From assembly GCA_039545335.1 (NCBI GenBank), contig BCIN01000004.1:858925-922924 (forward strand): a stretch of DNA of 64,000 bases, read 5' to 3'. Of this stretch, positions 1 through 12,581 are shown piece by piece (the stretch's first letter is position 1; each line of letters opens with the position of its first letter). The stretch comes from Kondoa subrosea (lineage: Eukaryota). The notes beneath the pieces are model-generated. The model was given only the letters and a program-made list of their open reading frames with translations, made no database searches and was not told where the DNA came from. The position numbers and the translations under genes were made by a program.

Positions 1-393
1 GTGCTGATCCGTCCAGCTTCACAAAAGTGTTGACATCTGGCCAATACTGTTCTAAGGGCGCATCGAGAGTCCAGCCATTGTTCTCGACCAAGTGCATGCA
101 AGCAATAGCGGAAATGACTTTAGTGAGAGATTGAATGCTACTAGCAGTATCAATTGTCATCTGCATACCAGTCAGTCGCAAGCCATGATCTTTGAGAGAC
201 AACGCACAGGGTCTGGCTTTCCTACCATACGTACACCTGCGCAGGCTGAAGCAAGGGTCTTGCCTTGCCTATCGAGAGACAAGAATGCAAGACCTGGAGG
301 ACCATTTTCGCGATTGACAGCCTCTTCAAGGATTGACTTCACCTTGTCGTCCGTTGTACCATTCTTTGGAAGCGTCTGAGTCAGTTTTGCCAT
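1..393 (-). CDS. Beta-lactamase/transpeptidase-like serine hydrolase (EstB/LovD type); 5' part only, runs off the window edge
   Basis: Exon 1 MAKLTQ...PPGLAFLSLDRQGKTLASACAGVRMVGKPDP; after an intron, MTIDTASSIQSLTKVISAIACMHLVENNGWTLDAPLEQYWP, which carries the SxxK motif (SLTK) and the LDxP motif. Confidence 0.85.
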
Positions 394-462
394 ATTCTCA
401 CGAGATTGCATTTCTGTCATGTCTGATTTTGGTGACTGTCAAGGTCAAGCTGCGGTGTAAAA

Positions 463-482
463 AAGAGAGAGAAAGAAAGAGA

Positions 483-516
<34 letters not shown>
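463..516. repeat. (GA)n microsatellite / purine tract upstream of the hydrolase gene
   Basis: Visible gagagaga run with a few aa interruptions. Confidence 0.9.
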
Positions 517-1846
517 GAATGCAAGCAGGAAATGCAATTAGAATTAGATTACTTGCACAGTCAAAGATAGGAAGTTGAACAATTACCGCGCTGCATATAT
601 ATAGCGCTCGATTACTCAGCTGACATGCCAGTCTTCAATGCGTCACATGTGCTCTTGAAGTCAATCGTCGATGAGACCGAAGTTATGCAATTGTTATTAC
701 GTAAGACTCAGGTTGAGGTCCTCCACTGTGGTCGCCATGGTACAGCTGTAGTCTACCCTGCATTCTTTTACAATTTGGGACGATTGAACCAAATGCATAC
801 ATATGACCCTCCCTGTCTGCTTTTCTGCAATTTTTGTGTTTCAAGGTTTCTGACCTCTGACCAATATCGCTGCGACTTTGCGTGTCCGCAAAGGAGAGCT
901 TCAGCAGCAGCAAAATGAGGGAAACGTTTTACACTCAGTCTTGCTCTTTGATACTTCTTGCTTATTTCTGGATCGATTTCCTTTTGTAACATCTCTTGTC
1001 GCAGACACTCGACTGCCAAGCTTCATTGCGCCTTCTCATGATCCTGAGGCCAATTTGGTTCGCAGAATGGCCGAGATCGAATAGATGACAATGAATCGTA
1101 CCAATGTCGTCCAAGAACTTGACTAAATTTGTTCATAAGGCCCATATCGTCCCGATTGCTTCCTTTTGGTGTGCTAGTAAGTCGAAAGAAGTTCTTCAAT
1201 GGTTCAGGAGCCTTGATGACTTTCGCTTTCCTGACATGCGTCTTCGTGTCAGCTTTGGCTTGCATCTGACATCATCAATCGTCCAAAGGCAATGTTTCTG
1301 ATAGACATTGTCCAGTGTCGTAAGATCGTTGCTCGCACACAGGATTGCCGAAGTACCCAGTACGTGTTCAACCAGCTAGATAAAAGAAGAAGACACCAAG
1401 GGCTATAGTGGAGCCTGCGGCGAAGGATTGCGTATGATTAGCAGCTAAAACGACGAGAGCTTAGATACTGAAAAGCGCTGCGTAGATACAGCAACTCCAA
1501 TAGCAGATGGGCCACGTCGTGTTAAGACACAACAGGGACAAGAACGCAAAGAGATAAGTACAGAAGCGGTAAAGTCATCCAAACAGCCATAACGATTAGA
1601 GGAAGAGAGGGATGTGCAACCTGCAGATCACAAAAGCGAAATCGCGCGACAAGAATGATTATTGTCGCCGTCTCGAGGATTTTCTTGCTGAAATGCTTGG
1701 TAATAATCTATGTTACAGGTAAAGATGTCCATACGGGAACATCTTTGCAAACTACACGTCCAAAGTTAGTCGAACTCAGGCAGGAAAGTATGGCTCAACG
1801 CACAGCCAGTTTTGCTGATCGAATGATCCCTTCGAGCAATGCATCA

Positions 1847-2446
<600 letters not shown>

Positions 2447-2536
2447 TGCTGCTTTCAATTGAAAGGGGAAGATGCTCGTTGTCTGATAACGTCGACTTCA
2501 CGAATTATCGAATGCAATGAAGAGGTGACCGAACAG

Positions 2537-3415
2537 ATGGCAGCGACTAGTCAGCTTCGCAGCACTTTCCAAGTACTGGCTTGGATCCCAGTCCTGCTCT
2601 TTGCAACCGAGAACTTCGGTTCAGTCGCTACAATCAGTGGAAGGTAGTTGTCTCCTTCTGCATACCTTCTTGAATTGCGATCTCACTTCCTACAACCCAG
2701 ATCTATGCAGGTATTAACTTTCTTCTCCTTTTCTTCACTTTTTTCTCATTATTCGATTTGATACGCGAAAGCCAACTTTCAACCCAGACGCATCAGCTCT
2801 TCGACGAGATGTAGTGTTACTAGATCGTTGGTCTGTTAATGTTTATCCGAAATTCAAAGCGGGCGATATCGTTACTCTTTGGTCCCCTTCTTCACCTAAT
2901 ACTCTTTCCTCGAAACGTATTATCGCTCTAGAAGGGGATATAGTCAATACTTTACCTCCTTACCCAGAGAAGAAGGTACTCATACCCAAAGGACATTGTT
3001 GGGTATGTCCCAAATGCCCTCCTTTATTGAAAGCTAGATCTGATTGCTAAGAGACAGGTCGAAGGCGATGAACCGTTTCATTCGAGGGATAGCAATTCTT
3101 ATGGTCCGGTATGCAGTACTTATTGCCTTCTCTCGATTGATGTTGATACGGAAGCTATTCTTGCAGATTCCGCTGGGCTTAATCAACGCGAAGATTTCAC
3201 GTATAATATGGCCTTACTGGTCAGTGTTGCTCTATCTTCTCGCGGATCCCGAGGCTGATCAATGAAATAGGCGAATGGGTACTCTACCACCTCTACCTCC
3301 AGCAGCTGCAGCCCGAGTAAGAAGTAAAAGTGGAAGGAAATTTAAAGTTACTCAACCTATGTACGCAACCGAGCGGGCTAGCCGAATAGGGGCTAGATTA
3401 TCAGAAGGAAGATAG
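2537..3415 (+). CDS. IMP2: Mitochondrial inner membrane protease subunit 2 (peptidase S26)
   Basis: ISGRSMQPTFNPD...RDVVLLDRW...GDIVTLWSP...KRIIALEGD...[30 protein letters not shown]..IIWP. Confidence 0.93.
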
Positions 3416-3524
3416 TGCAGCTCAACCTTCTTTTGTATTGTACTGTATGATAGCTTTTCATAAACTCTGAACTAAAAACTCTGGTTTCTACATTGATGGA
3501 TCCCTCTCAAAACCTGTTATCAAA

Positions 3525-6500
3525 TCAACGCATGGAAGAAATTGAGCTCCTGGCGTTGTTTCTTGTATGTCTTGCAGTAGATCGATCAGATACTGAATTG
3601 TCCATAGTGAGATTGAGCGGTTTTGGAATCTGTGTAATAGATGAGCGAAGTCGAAGTGGAGCTGTAGCAGGAGTGAAAAGAGATGCTGATACCGGCGGTG
3701 CTGGTAAAGGGGATTCATAGTGCAGTTGAATCGATTCTCGAAGCTTTTCCATGGATTTCCGAATCTTTTTACCAAAATGCATAGCCCATGAGAATCAAGC
3801 AGCATCAAAAGCAGATAACAACGTACAGGAGTTCCATTTTCTTTGTTCTGTCCATTAGCCTCATCAATATGTATAGAGGTCTTTGAGCTTCTTTTCATTG
3901 CTTTCCCGCTACTACCCGTAATTGACTGTCTGTTCTCCTTCTGAACGACCAATCGAAGAGGTTTTAGAGCAGATCTAGGTCTTTCCACTTCTGCATCTGA
4001 TGATTCCCAACTTGCAGCATTGGATTTGAGCATATTCACAAAACCTTCTGATGTGACTGAACCACTGGAAGAGGTTCTGGAATGATGACTTTCAGTAGAA
4101 GAACGTTTGCTTTCCAGGCTGTATTCGATAATTGTACCGGGAAGAGAAACGGTCGATGATCTGGCTCTATGAACTGCCCTTGCCAAAGGTTCGTCGTCTT
4201 CCTCGTCTACTTGCTCCTCGCTCGTATGATGAGAAGTTACGGCTCGGACTGAAGCGGCTGACTGCTTCAGGGAACTGACTGTAGGCGCTTCTTCTACGGG
4301 ACTAGGTGATCTGGACCGGACTACATCTTCCGGAAGAGCAGGTGGGATAGGCGAAGTACATGCTGAGAATGATCTTTCGTCCAAGATTTCGACTTCATTA
4401 TTGTCCACAATTCGCTCTTCAGTGAAAGAACCGCCGGGTAAAGGTGTCATTTCATATTCATCTTCTTCAGCGTATGAGCCGAGGTGGAAAGAGTCGCCGG
4501 CAAGAATCGATATAGGTCGACTACTTCCAGAAACAGGTCGAATCGTAGGACGAGTGCTTTGAAAAGCATCGTCAAGTGACAGAGTGGAACGATGTGAGCG
4601 TAACGATTGAGGTCGGACTGGAGTACAATCTTGCGGCGACAATTCAGTTGGCTTTCTCTGCCATGATCGACGTCGCAAAGCTCGAGAGTCATCCTCGTTT
4701 ACTCCTCCGGCAATACCTGTAGCGATAGCAGAGTCTTCTGAATTGTCGAAAGAAGGCTGCGGGGGGATCTCAACAATCTGCGCAAAGGTAATAAGGGATC
4801 CATATCCATTTGAAAGTTTGCTGAACTTACAGGCAAGGAGTATCGATGCATTCGATTCATCGATCTGCGTTTCATTGTGCTAGAAGTAGCGATGGCACCA
4901 AAGTGCGTTGGTTTGAGGGGTTCTGAGACGTCTGTGGGCATCACTTCCGTTTGCTGTTGCTGCTTGATTTTGATAGATCCCACTAAAGCAGGAACTATCT
5001 CTCCTTCAAAGAACGCCATGGATATGGGTAAAGGTTCCGCATCGACCAAAACCGCAGTATCAGCAAACGGCGCGCCGCTATCTCGATGAGTAGGGGTACC
5101 ACAGCGAGATTCGAAAGGAGTAGTCGGCCGAGATCCATGTTGCGTAGGTGTTTTTCTTCCCCTTGCATTGGGTTCTGAAGGTGATCTAGCTCTTCCCATC
5201 GAATGTCTTTCTTGATTGACAAAAGGATCAGGTGCACTCCACATGGATCTCTCGTCGCCGACGCTCTGGCTTCGAGGCCGCTTCATAGTAACGGTTGACA
5301 TGTTAACACTGCGCAAGCGATTTTCGGATAAGCTGTTCTCTTCCCTTTCCTGTGTCGAATCAGGCAGCAGCATAAGCTTAGGAGTAGGTAGAGCCATTTG
5401 GAGAAAGCGAGCCAGCTTGCTCATGCGTTGCCCATTGCAGTCGATTGCTGAGACCCGGTCTCAGAACACACAAACATAAACTCGAAGCAAACTCACTATT
5501 GATCGGAACACCCGGAACACCAGAGAAATAGGAATATCCAGTCTTGCCAGTAGCATTGGTAGCCCGCGTAGCGGTCGACATTTTGTTTGTGTGTTCTTGC
5601 AGAGTGGCAGGAGCAGTAGCGTAAGTAGAATGGGAAGGAGCCATTGAACCTTTTTCCAGCATAGCGGGTGGCTCTAATGGCGATGCGGCTCTTGATTCGA
5701 TAGCTATTGGCTGAACGCGGCTCTGACGAGCTGTCCAGAAGCCTTCGCTGAGTGCCACTTGTAAAGCCAGAACTTTCGTCGTGTGTAAGTATTATCCTCA
5801 ATCCATAAGAGAAAGCTCACGAATGGAAGAGAGACAAATACTTGTATGATGTATAAGCATCGCCTTCTATGTTACAAAAGAAAGCTCACGATAGAACCAC
5901 TAATATAGATGGACCCAATTCCGCTGGATAAGTCGGGGACTGAATTTTGACCACACAGAAAGGCAAAGCAAAGACAGCTGAAGAAAGACAACAGATGATA
6001 TGGACGCTCATTCTCGCTATTGAACGATTGGCTTCGACTTGAGTTAATTCACTTGCGCCATTTGTTAGTTTGCCTGCTCCTATGTATCGAGCTGCACCAT
6101 CTTGCTGCGAGAGGTAAGATGACATTGACGGTCGAGGAGTTTCTTCTCCGGCTAAAGAAGCAGGCCACATGAGCATGGAAGGAGCAGGCGAAGATAAGGC
6201 TGCGTTGAGATCGAAAGAGACACTTCTTCTGGCATGACCTTCTTCAGAACGGGCCGGATCGTGATTGAGGAAAGAGAAAGCGACCGATCGATCTGAACTT
6301 TCTGATCCTCGAGGTGGTAGCGGACTTAGCAAGGCGCCGGAAGGAATTGCTTGAGCTGATCTTTGCGACTTGTGAAGAAACGTGGTTGAGAGAGCTTCGG
6401 GTTGCATCGGTGGGAGGAAATTACGTTCGTTGCTCCAAGGCTAACAAGTTGTTAAGCGCTGTGAACTTGTCACTCGTGAGGAAGGACGGACTCACTCTGC

Positions 6501-7246
6501 CAATCATTGTAGGGATTTCGCGATTCTTCGACTCCTTTCGGACCCGAATGACAGCAACCAACAGTCTTCCAAAGCATCCAACTACCATGATAGAGATGAC
6601 CAAATTCCAAGCGAGCAAGAACTTCCAAACCGCGCCGGATTCTGTATCGTTGCCTAAAACTGCTGCTACAGCTGTTCCGCTTCCAAGCAGAAGTAGTGAT
6701 GGTAGCCAGATCACGAGATCGCTCTTGCCCATAGTGATAGGTCTGCCTCTGACAACATTAAAGAAAGACAACAAAGCAACCAAGAGCAGTAGAGTTGATC
6801 TAGCGCAAACACAAACGAAGGTTCTTGGCACTGAAGAGCCGGAATCTGGATTGACTCGAACAGAAGTGACTTCCCAAATCCCGATGCAGGACGTAAGGAT
6901 ATCTGCTGCCGCTAACCAAAGCGAGAATTTTTGAGCTGATTTCAATCGACGCTTCTTCTGAGACACCAGAGGAGTGGATGAGTAAGGCGTTGCTGGTCTT
7001 GAGTCTGCGCTGAGGGGATGGGCTGGCATAAGTGGTAACAAAGTCCGCAGAACTATGGATCCTTCAGCTGAAGTGAAACTGAATTGATACGAAACTTACT
7101 AATATACAAGCTGGACAGTAATCTACAGTGATGAGTATGAGCAAGATTAACAACACAAAGAGTTTGATGACTGACGAAAGAATGGCAAAACAAAGCACGA
7201 CATAAAGCAGAGCCGAATCTGAAGAGAGTGTTGGTGTCGTAGTCAT
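3525..7246 (-). CDS. Hypothetical membrane protein: N-terminal TM helices and a long Ser/Pro/Arg-rich tail; multi-exon
   Basis: Consecutive minus-strand ORFs 7064-7246, 6421-7041, 5886-6407, 5378-5758, 4699-5424, 3488-4678 and 3525-3782, separated by intron-like gaps; hydrophobic segments such as FSLWLAAADIL and TLLLLVALLSFF. Confidence 0.7.
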
Positions 7247-7394
7247 CGTAAGTCAGTGTAGGGTCGCTCAGCGAGATAGTAGAGAGGTCGGTGACAGAGA
7301 AGAGAGAGCGAAAGAATTCACAAACAAAACAAACGCAAAGGCCACGAGATATAGTAAGAAGATTCCATCTAAAAGTGGAAGTTGACACGGAGAA

Positions 7395-8520
7395 TCAAAT
7401 TGTGACATTTTGTTCAGATCTTGCAGCGAGCTTTGCCTCTTTCTTCTCTGTATTGGCTTGAGTGCGCGCTTCGTTTTCTTCTCGTTTGCGCTGTTTGGCT
7501 TCTGCAACTTCTTTGGCTTTGGAGTCCGTCTCTCCTTGTGCTGGTTTTCCATCTCTGGTCTCGTGGGTATCTAACAGAAGCGTGACAGGTCCATCGTTCG
7601 TCAACGAAACCTGTTCAGATGATGAAAAATTGTGTCAATGACAGGTCGCAGATTACTTAAACTGAAACCTGACCTGCATCATTGCCTGAAAACGTCCATC
7701 TTTCTGTAAAGCGGCATAGCCGATCTTAGGGATTTGGGTTAGAGACTAGCAATATGGGAACTGACTATCCTTTCTGGCATATACATGCCTTTTAGTTTGT
7801 CCAGGAATTGAGCATACAATTCTCGCGACTGCAAATAGAGCGTCACTCAATCAGAACTATGCTGCTACAGAGTACGGATAGACTAACCTGCTCGGCTGCC
7901 ATCGCAGCGTGGAAATCAGGTTTGTTGCCTTTTCTTGTACTAGGCATTCCGCATCGTCAGCAAAAACTGCTCTCGAGCTGTTTCTTAAGACTGACTGCGC
8001 CATGAGAGTGAACTGGGACTGTAAAGATTCAATAAACCTTTAGCAGCAGGACATTCTGGACGAACAACTTACGACACACAATACTTCCCCTTCTGTGTCC
8101 ATTACGGACTTGCACCACTGTTTCTCTGCATCAGGGAAGACTCGTTTGTTAAGAATCGATTTCGCTAGCGTTTCCTGTACATAAAAGTACAGCATAGTGA
8201 GCATCCGTAATCGGTCTTCTGACGTTTGAGACATACCGCATCGGCCAAAGTATCGTCTGCGAGTGAACTCATCAGACGTGGGATCATTACGACGCCAGTG
8301 AAACTTGCTACTGCCGATTCCAATTAGGCACATGACACCATGTTCTGTGTTGAGACTTCAGGTCGAAGCGCAGGAGAGTGTCAGCGACACAAACTGATAG
8401 AGGAGACCAGCTCTGAGTCGACAGCTGAATTCGGCGCATCATCAGCTGGGGCGGTAGAGCAAGATTCGTGCTAGACTTACAGACACTCGCAGATGTGACT
8501 TTCTGGAGGACTGCTTTCAT
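7395..8520 (-). CDS. DTD1: D-aminoacyl-tRNA deacylase with a charged C-terminal extension; many small exons
   Basis: MKAVLQKVTSASV..ELVSSI..GVMCLIGIG..KSILNKRVFP..WCKSVMDTEGEVLCVSQFTL..DFHAAM..DGRFQAMMQVSLTNDGPVTLLLDT; SQFTL and NDGPVT motifs present. Confidence 0.95.
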
Positions 8521-8615
8521 CGATTCGCTTTGGCGTCTGTTCGATATATGATATGCTATACGGAACAACCCAGGTACCGTATGGCAATCAGATACAACCC
8601 TATTCCCAATTTTAT

Positions 8616-8688
8616 TTGAAGTTGGGTCTTCTCCCTTACCATGACAGTAACTCAGTCTCGGTCTGCACATGTATCTTGTGCTGCGATG
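8616..8688. repeat. Duplicated segment, copy A (pairs with 10831-10923)
   Basis: ttgaagttgggtcttct-cccttaccatgacagtaactcagtctcggtctgcacat...cttgtgctgcgatg; 8 mismatches over 73 nt against copy B by manual alignment. Confidence 0.9.
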
Positions 8689-9050
8689 GTTGAGAACGGA
8701 TTTCTTGCTCGCCTGCTTGTTCATTTGCTTCGAGCCAAGTCAATCAGACAAGAGACTATAGTCACTACTTTGACCCGTTCTCAACTTTCTTCGATTGACA
8801 AAGTACTGTACATGATAGAGCAGCTCCATGAGAGTCTGCATGTCGCTGTAGCATGCTCATCCTTTGAACACATCGCTGGATAGAAGTCAACCAAAGAAAA
8901 CTCACAGTGGGTCGTTTCGAGCGAAAACTACTGTGCAGAGAGGCAGGAGAAGAGTACGGTTCATTGTGATCCACCTTTGCATTGCAACACTTGAGCCCTA
9001 GCCTTGTCATACCCACCACCTGCACTTGATGCAAAACGTTGAAGCACTGA

Positions 9051-10578
9051 TCAAATAACCACACCACGAGTCGAAATATCATACTGAAACCAAGCCTTAG
9101 ATAGGTATTCGCCAAATTTGATCGACACGTTGCGGATGTCGATTCGTGGGGTGAAGCCTAATTTCAAGGCTGCTGCGCATCCGGCGGCATTCTACGAGAT
9201 GTCGGATTAGTAATAAGACAGTCTAGAGTCACTGTAGTAAACCTACATCTTTCTTGACCACCGAAACGATCTGTTTTATGCGCCCGGTCATTATAGCAGA
9301 ATGCTCCATTACAGCTCTGTCTACTGTATTAGAGCATGAATAGACAGCGGAGCTAGTGACCTACTTGAACATCTTGGGACCCAACCTCTGCCCAGTGACC
9401 TCGGGTCGTAGATAGATCGCCATGAATGCGACCCTAACAAACTCGACGGGTGAGGTATGACGATCGGTAGGTAGTCATACGCGTACTTGGCAAAGCACTC
9501 GGCTTCACTGAACTCGGTGAGAGCCAGATATCCAACGACTTGTCCTTGCAATTCAGTCACCAAGATCTGAGGAGAAAGATACCTTAGATGACAATCGCAA
9601 ACAGAGATAAAGGCATACATACAGGCATATCCGTATCCATCAGCCGTTGAAACCATGGGATACGATCAGCCATTGAAAACGGCTTGCAATAGCTGTGCGA
9701 CTGTCAAAGGATTTCGAATGGTTCAAACTGGCGAAATTATCCACTCACATTCGTATACAGAATGGCATGGTTGAAGATGCCGACGACTGGACGAATGACA
9801 GTGAGCACAGCACCAAGAGGAGAGAAAGACTGACTATCTGGAAGATCCCTCCAGCTTGCAGGTCTGACAACAACCTTATCCTGATCAACAGGTAAAGAGA
9901 ACTGTTGACGAGCAAGAGGATCCGGATAGTCTTTCGCTGCCGGGAAGCCTAGACCTTCTGGTGATGGAGCTTCGCGCAAGAATCTAGAAAAGATCTGGAA
10001 ATCTATCTTAATGCTGCTCTTCTCTGCGATATCTTTCAGACTGACTGCTCGATGAGTTGCGGCATAGTACTGGAGAAGTAAAAGGCGCTTACCTTCCGCA
10101 TAAAGTGAATGACAACCTCTCGAGCCAAAGTTTCGCCGCCTGATTAATAGCCAAAACGGAGCCTATATGTAACTATCAGCTTCAGCTCTTCAGCACATAC
10201 GTCTTGCTCACAAGTCGTCAAATAAAGCTTCATCTCCTTTGTTCTTTCATGTTGGTGCAACAAACGAAACAAATGACTAGCCAAGCCTTTGCGTCGTTGG
10301 TCTTGTTTTACCATGCACAATAGACTAGCCGTATATTCGACTCCATAAGCGGCAATGGTTTCTTCGTATGGGTAAAAAGCAGCAAAAGCGATAGTAGTTT
10401 GTCCTTCATTGAGCGCGACAATGCAACAATAACCGTGTTCCTCAAGAAACGCGAGCCATTCAGTAGTCTGTTTGAGAGAACGCAGGGTGTCTGAAGGCTG
10501 CAATCCTTCCTCGATCACGTTATTCCAAAGATCTGTAATGCCTTGACAATCTTCTCGACAAGCGTTGCGGATTTCCAT
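9051..10578 (-). CDS. Tandem two-domain GNAT N-acetyltransferase (phosphinothricin acetyltransferase/YncA-like)
   Basis: Domain 1: MEIRNACREDCQGITDLWN..VKQDQRRKGLASHL..LERLSFTLCGSLKDIAEK..IDFQIFSRFL. Linker, then domain 2: VVVRPASWRDLPD..IFNHAILYTN..ILVTELQGQVVGYLAL..IYLRPEVTGQRLGPKMF..NAAGCAAALKLGF..NVSIKFGEYLSKAWFQYDI..*. Confidence 0.8.
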
Positions 10579-10830
10579 GGCTGCGAACTTGTCCGTGTAC
10601 CGCAATATGAGCTCGATAGAGCTTTCAAAAGACGCCTGGACGGGGAGAAGGAGCTTTGTGCTCTTTGCTGTGCGAGGGATTGAGAAGACGGGCTCCCATA
10701 TATATCAGTTGAAAGCAAGTCTGTATACCCAGCTGCCCTCCTTGAACTCGGCTTGTATCGGCGTGTTCAGCATCACAAACAGCCACTAAACAGCCAACTA
10801 ACAGCCGTCGACTGAGTCAACTCACGAATA

Positions 10831-10923
10831 TTGAAGTTGGGTCTTCTGTTAGCGGTCAAACATTTCTCCCTTGCTATGACAGTGACTCCGTCTCGGTCTG
10901 CACATACCTCTTGTGCTGAGATG
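10831..10923. repeat. Duplicated segment, copy B (20-nt insertion relative to copy A)
   Basis: Same sequence as 8616-8688 plus gttagcggtcaaacatttct. Confidence 0.9.
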
Positions 10924-11317
10924 CACTGTTCTGGATAAGCGGGACTTCAGCACAGTCAGATCTTGAGACGATTTTCGGGGTAACCCTCTGCCCTTTTGCT
11001 TTTGTTGCGTCAAATCCCAGTCTTGCAATGCTCCAATAGCCTCTGGCAGACGTGTTTCCCGATAGCCTTTATGTATTCCCGACAAAAACTTAGGTTCATA
11101 GATCACGCCGACCGTTTGAATTTCCCACGACCGTTTCCCACGAAGTCGGGTCGGTCTGAATGTTTTGATACAAGCTATACTCTTGTACCGTCTCTTTTCC
11201 TGTTTCTTCCCTTCTCTACCACTGTTATTTCTCACTTTATCGGTTTTCTTCTCCTTACAAGCTCTTCAGCACCCACACTCATTTTTACTTCAATTATTTC
11301 TTCGCCATCTCCAAATC

Positions 11318-12388
11318 ATGAAACTCTTCGCGCTCCTTCTCGCTGTTTCCGCAACTTTGATTTCGGCGGCTCCCGCGTCAGATGAAAACATCATTGCGCG
11401 TCGTCAGGTAGATCTTTTTATGCATAGAGCAGAAATACAGCCGAACAAACGCGCTGTTATACAGGTCGATACAGCATCTTTGCGCAGCGGCACACAACGT
11501 CTCTCTGCTAGAGCCGGTGGAGCCAGTCCTGTGTAAGGGACTTTCTGTTCCTTTGTTGAACAAAAGAGCTCATTGGTTCTTCTTCTTTGCCGAATACAGC
11601 GCGAAATTACCTACCGCCAAATGTGAGCTCTCATCGCAGGTATAGATGCCATAACATCTTACGCGTTGTTTTCCCCAGATTTGGGCTGTCCCGATCTCAA
11701 AGGCGCTACTCTCATTCTAGGAGAAGCAGAACTCGCTCTCAACAGTAGAACAGACGTCGAGAACACAGTTTCCTGCCGATACATTTCCTTCAAAAATGGT
11801 CGACCTTCTCAACCAGTTTGCCTTTACAGCGCTACCAATGGTAAATTGTTGGAAGACGAAGACAAAGTTGGTTGCGCCCCTACAACATTCAAAGCTTCTC
11901 CTACTGGTAAATTTTGCGCAACTGCTTGCCCAAGAAGAGTCAACGGCCTTTTCTTACAAGAAGCTACCACTAAGTGCGTGTTCCTGTAATAAAGCTCCTT
12001 TACGTGAACTGATGCTTCATGATCAGCTGGCGTGATACCGACGCAGAAAACTTCTCTCAAATGTGTCGTTACAGTGATGTTGCTTATGGTGAAACCGGTC
12101 AGTACTTTTGCGCACTCTATACAATAGAATTGGTTACTGAGATTACTCCTCGAATAGCTCTAACCTGCTACTATTACGGTGAAGATGGAACTAGTAAGCG
12201 GTCTCTGTTTCGTTCTTTAGGGCTAGGCACCTTATCAGCATTTTCGTCCCTACAGCCGACAATGCCGCTCCTTGCCCAAAGAGCATTGGCCGCAGCGAAT
12301 ACTGGTACGTTTGACTATCATATTATCGAGTAACCTTCCCTTAGTGACATGGAACAACAGCATCAGCAATGTTCACGATGCACCATAA
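11318..12388 (+). CDS. Secreted cysteine-rich repeat protein (effector-like)
   Basis: Signal peptide MKLFALLLAVSATLISA, RR and KR dibasic sites, RLSARAGGASPV, then two CP..C-x-Y..C-x-Y..C repeats; spliced end ..PCPKSIGRSEYCISNVHDAP*. Confidence 0.8.
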
Positions 12389-12581
12389 TTGGACCGTGAT
12401 GCAACTAGACCGGAGACGCAATTGGATGTTCAGGGTTCCGGTTTTACTTACATGGGGATGGATATGATGCAGCTTTTAGTGCTTTTGTCGGGCATCTGTT
12501 AGCTGCTCATAGTTGTTGTCGGGCGGCATGCCATATAAATTTCTTGTTACTCTCTTCTTGTCTAGGAACAATTTACAGGCA

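Noticed and set aside
625..1600. Several short ORFs on both strands
   Set aside because: A small spliced gene may exist, but I could not assemble a consistent model or recognise any motif
6314..6934. 206-aa plus-strand ORF, and similar antisense ORFs within KIN4, CCC2 and UBP15
   Set aside because: Antisense shadows of real coding exons
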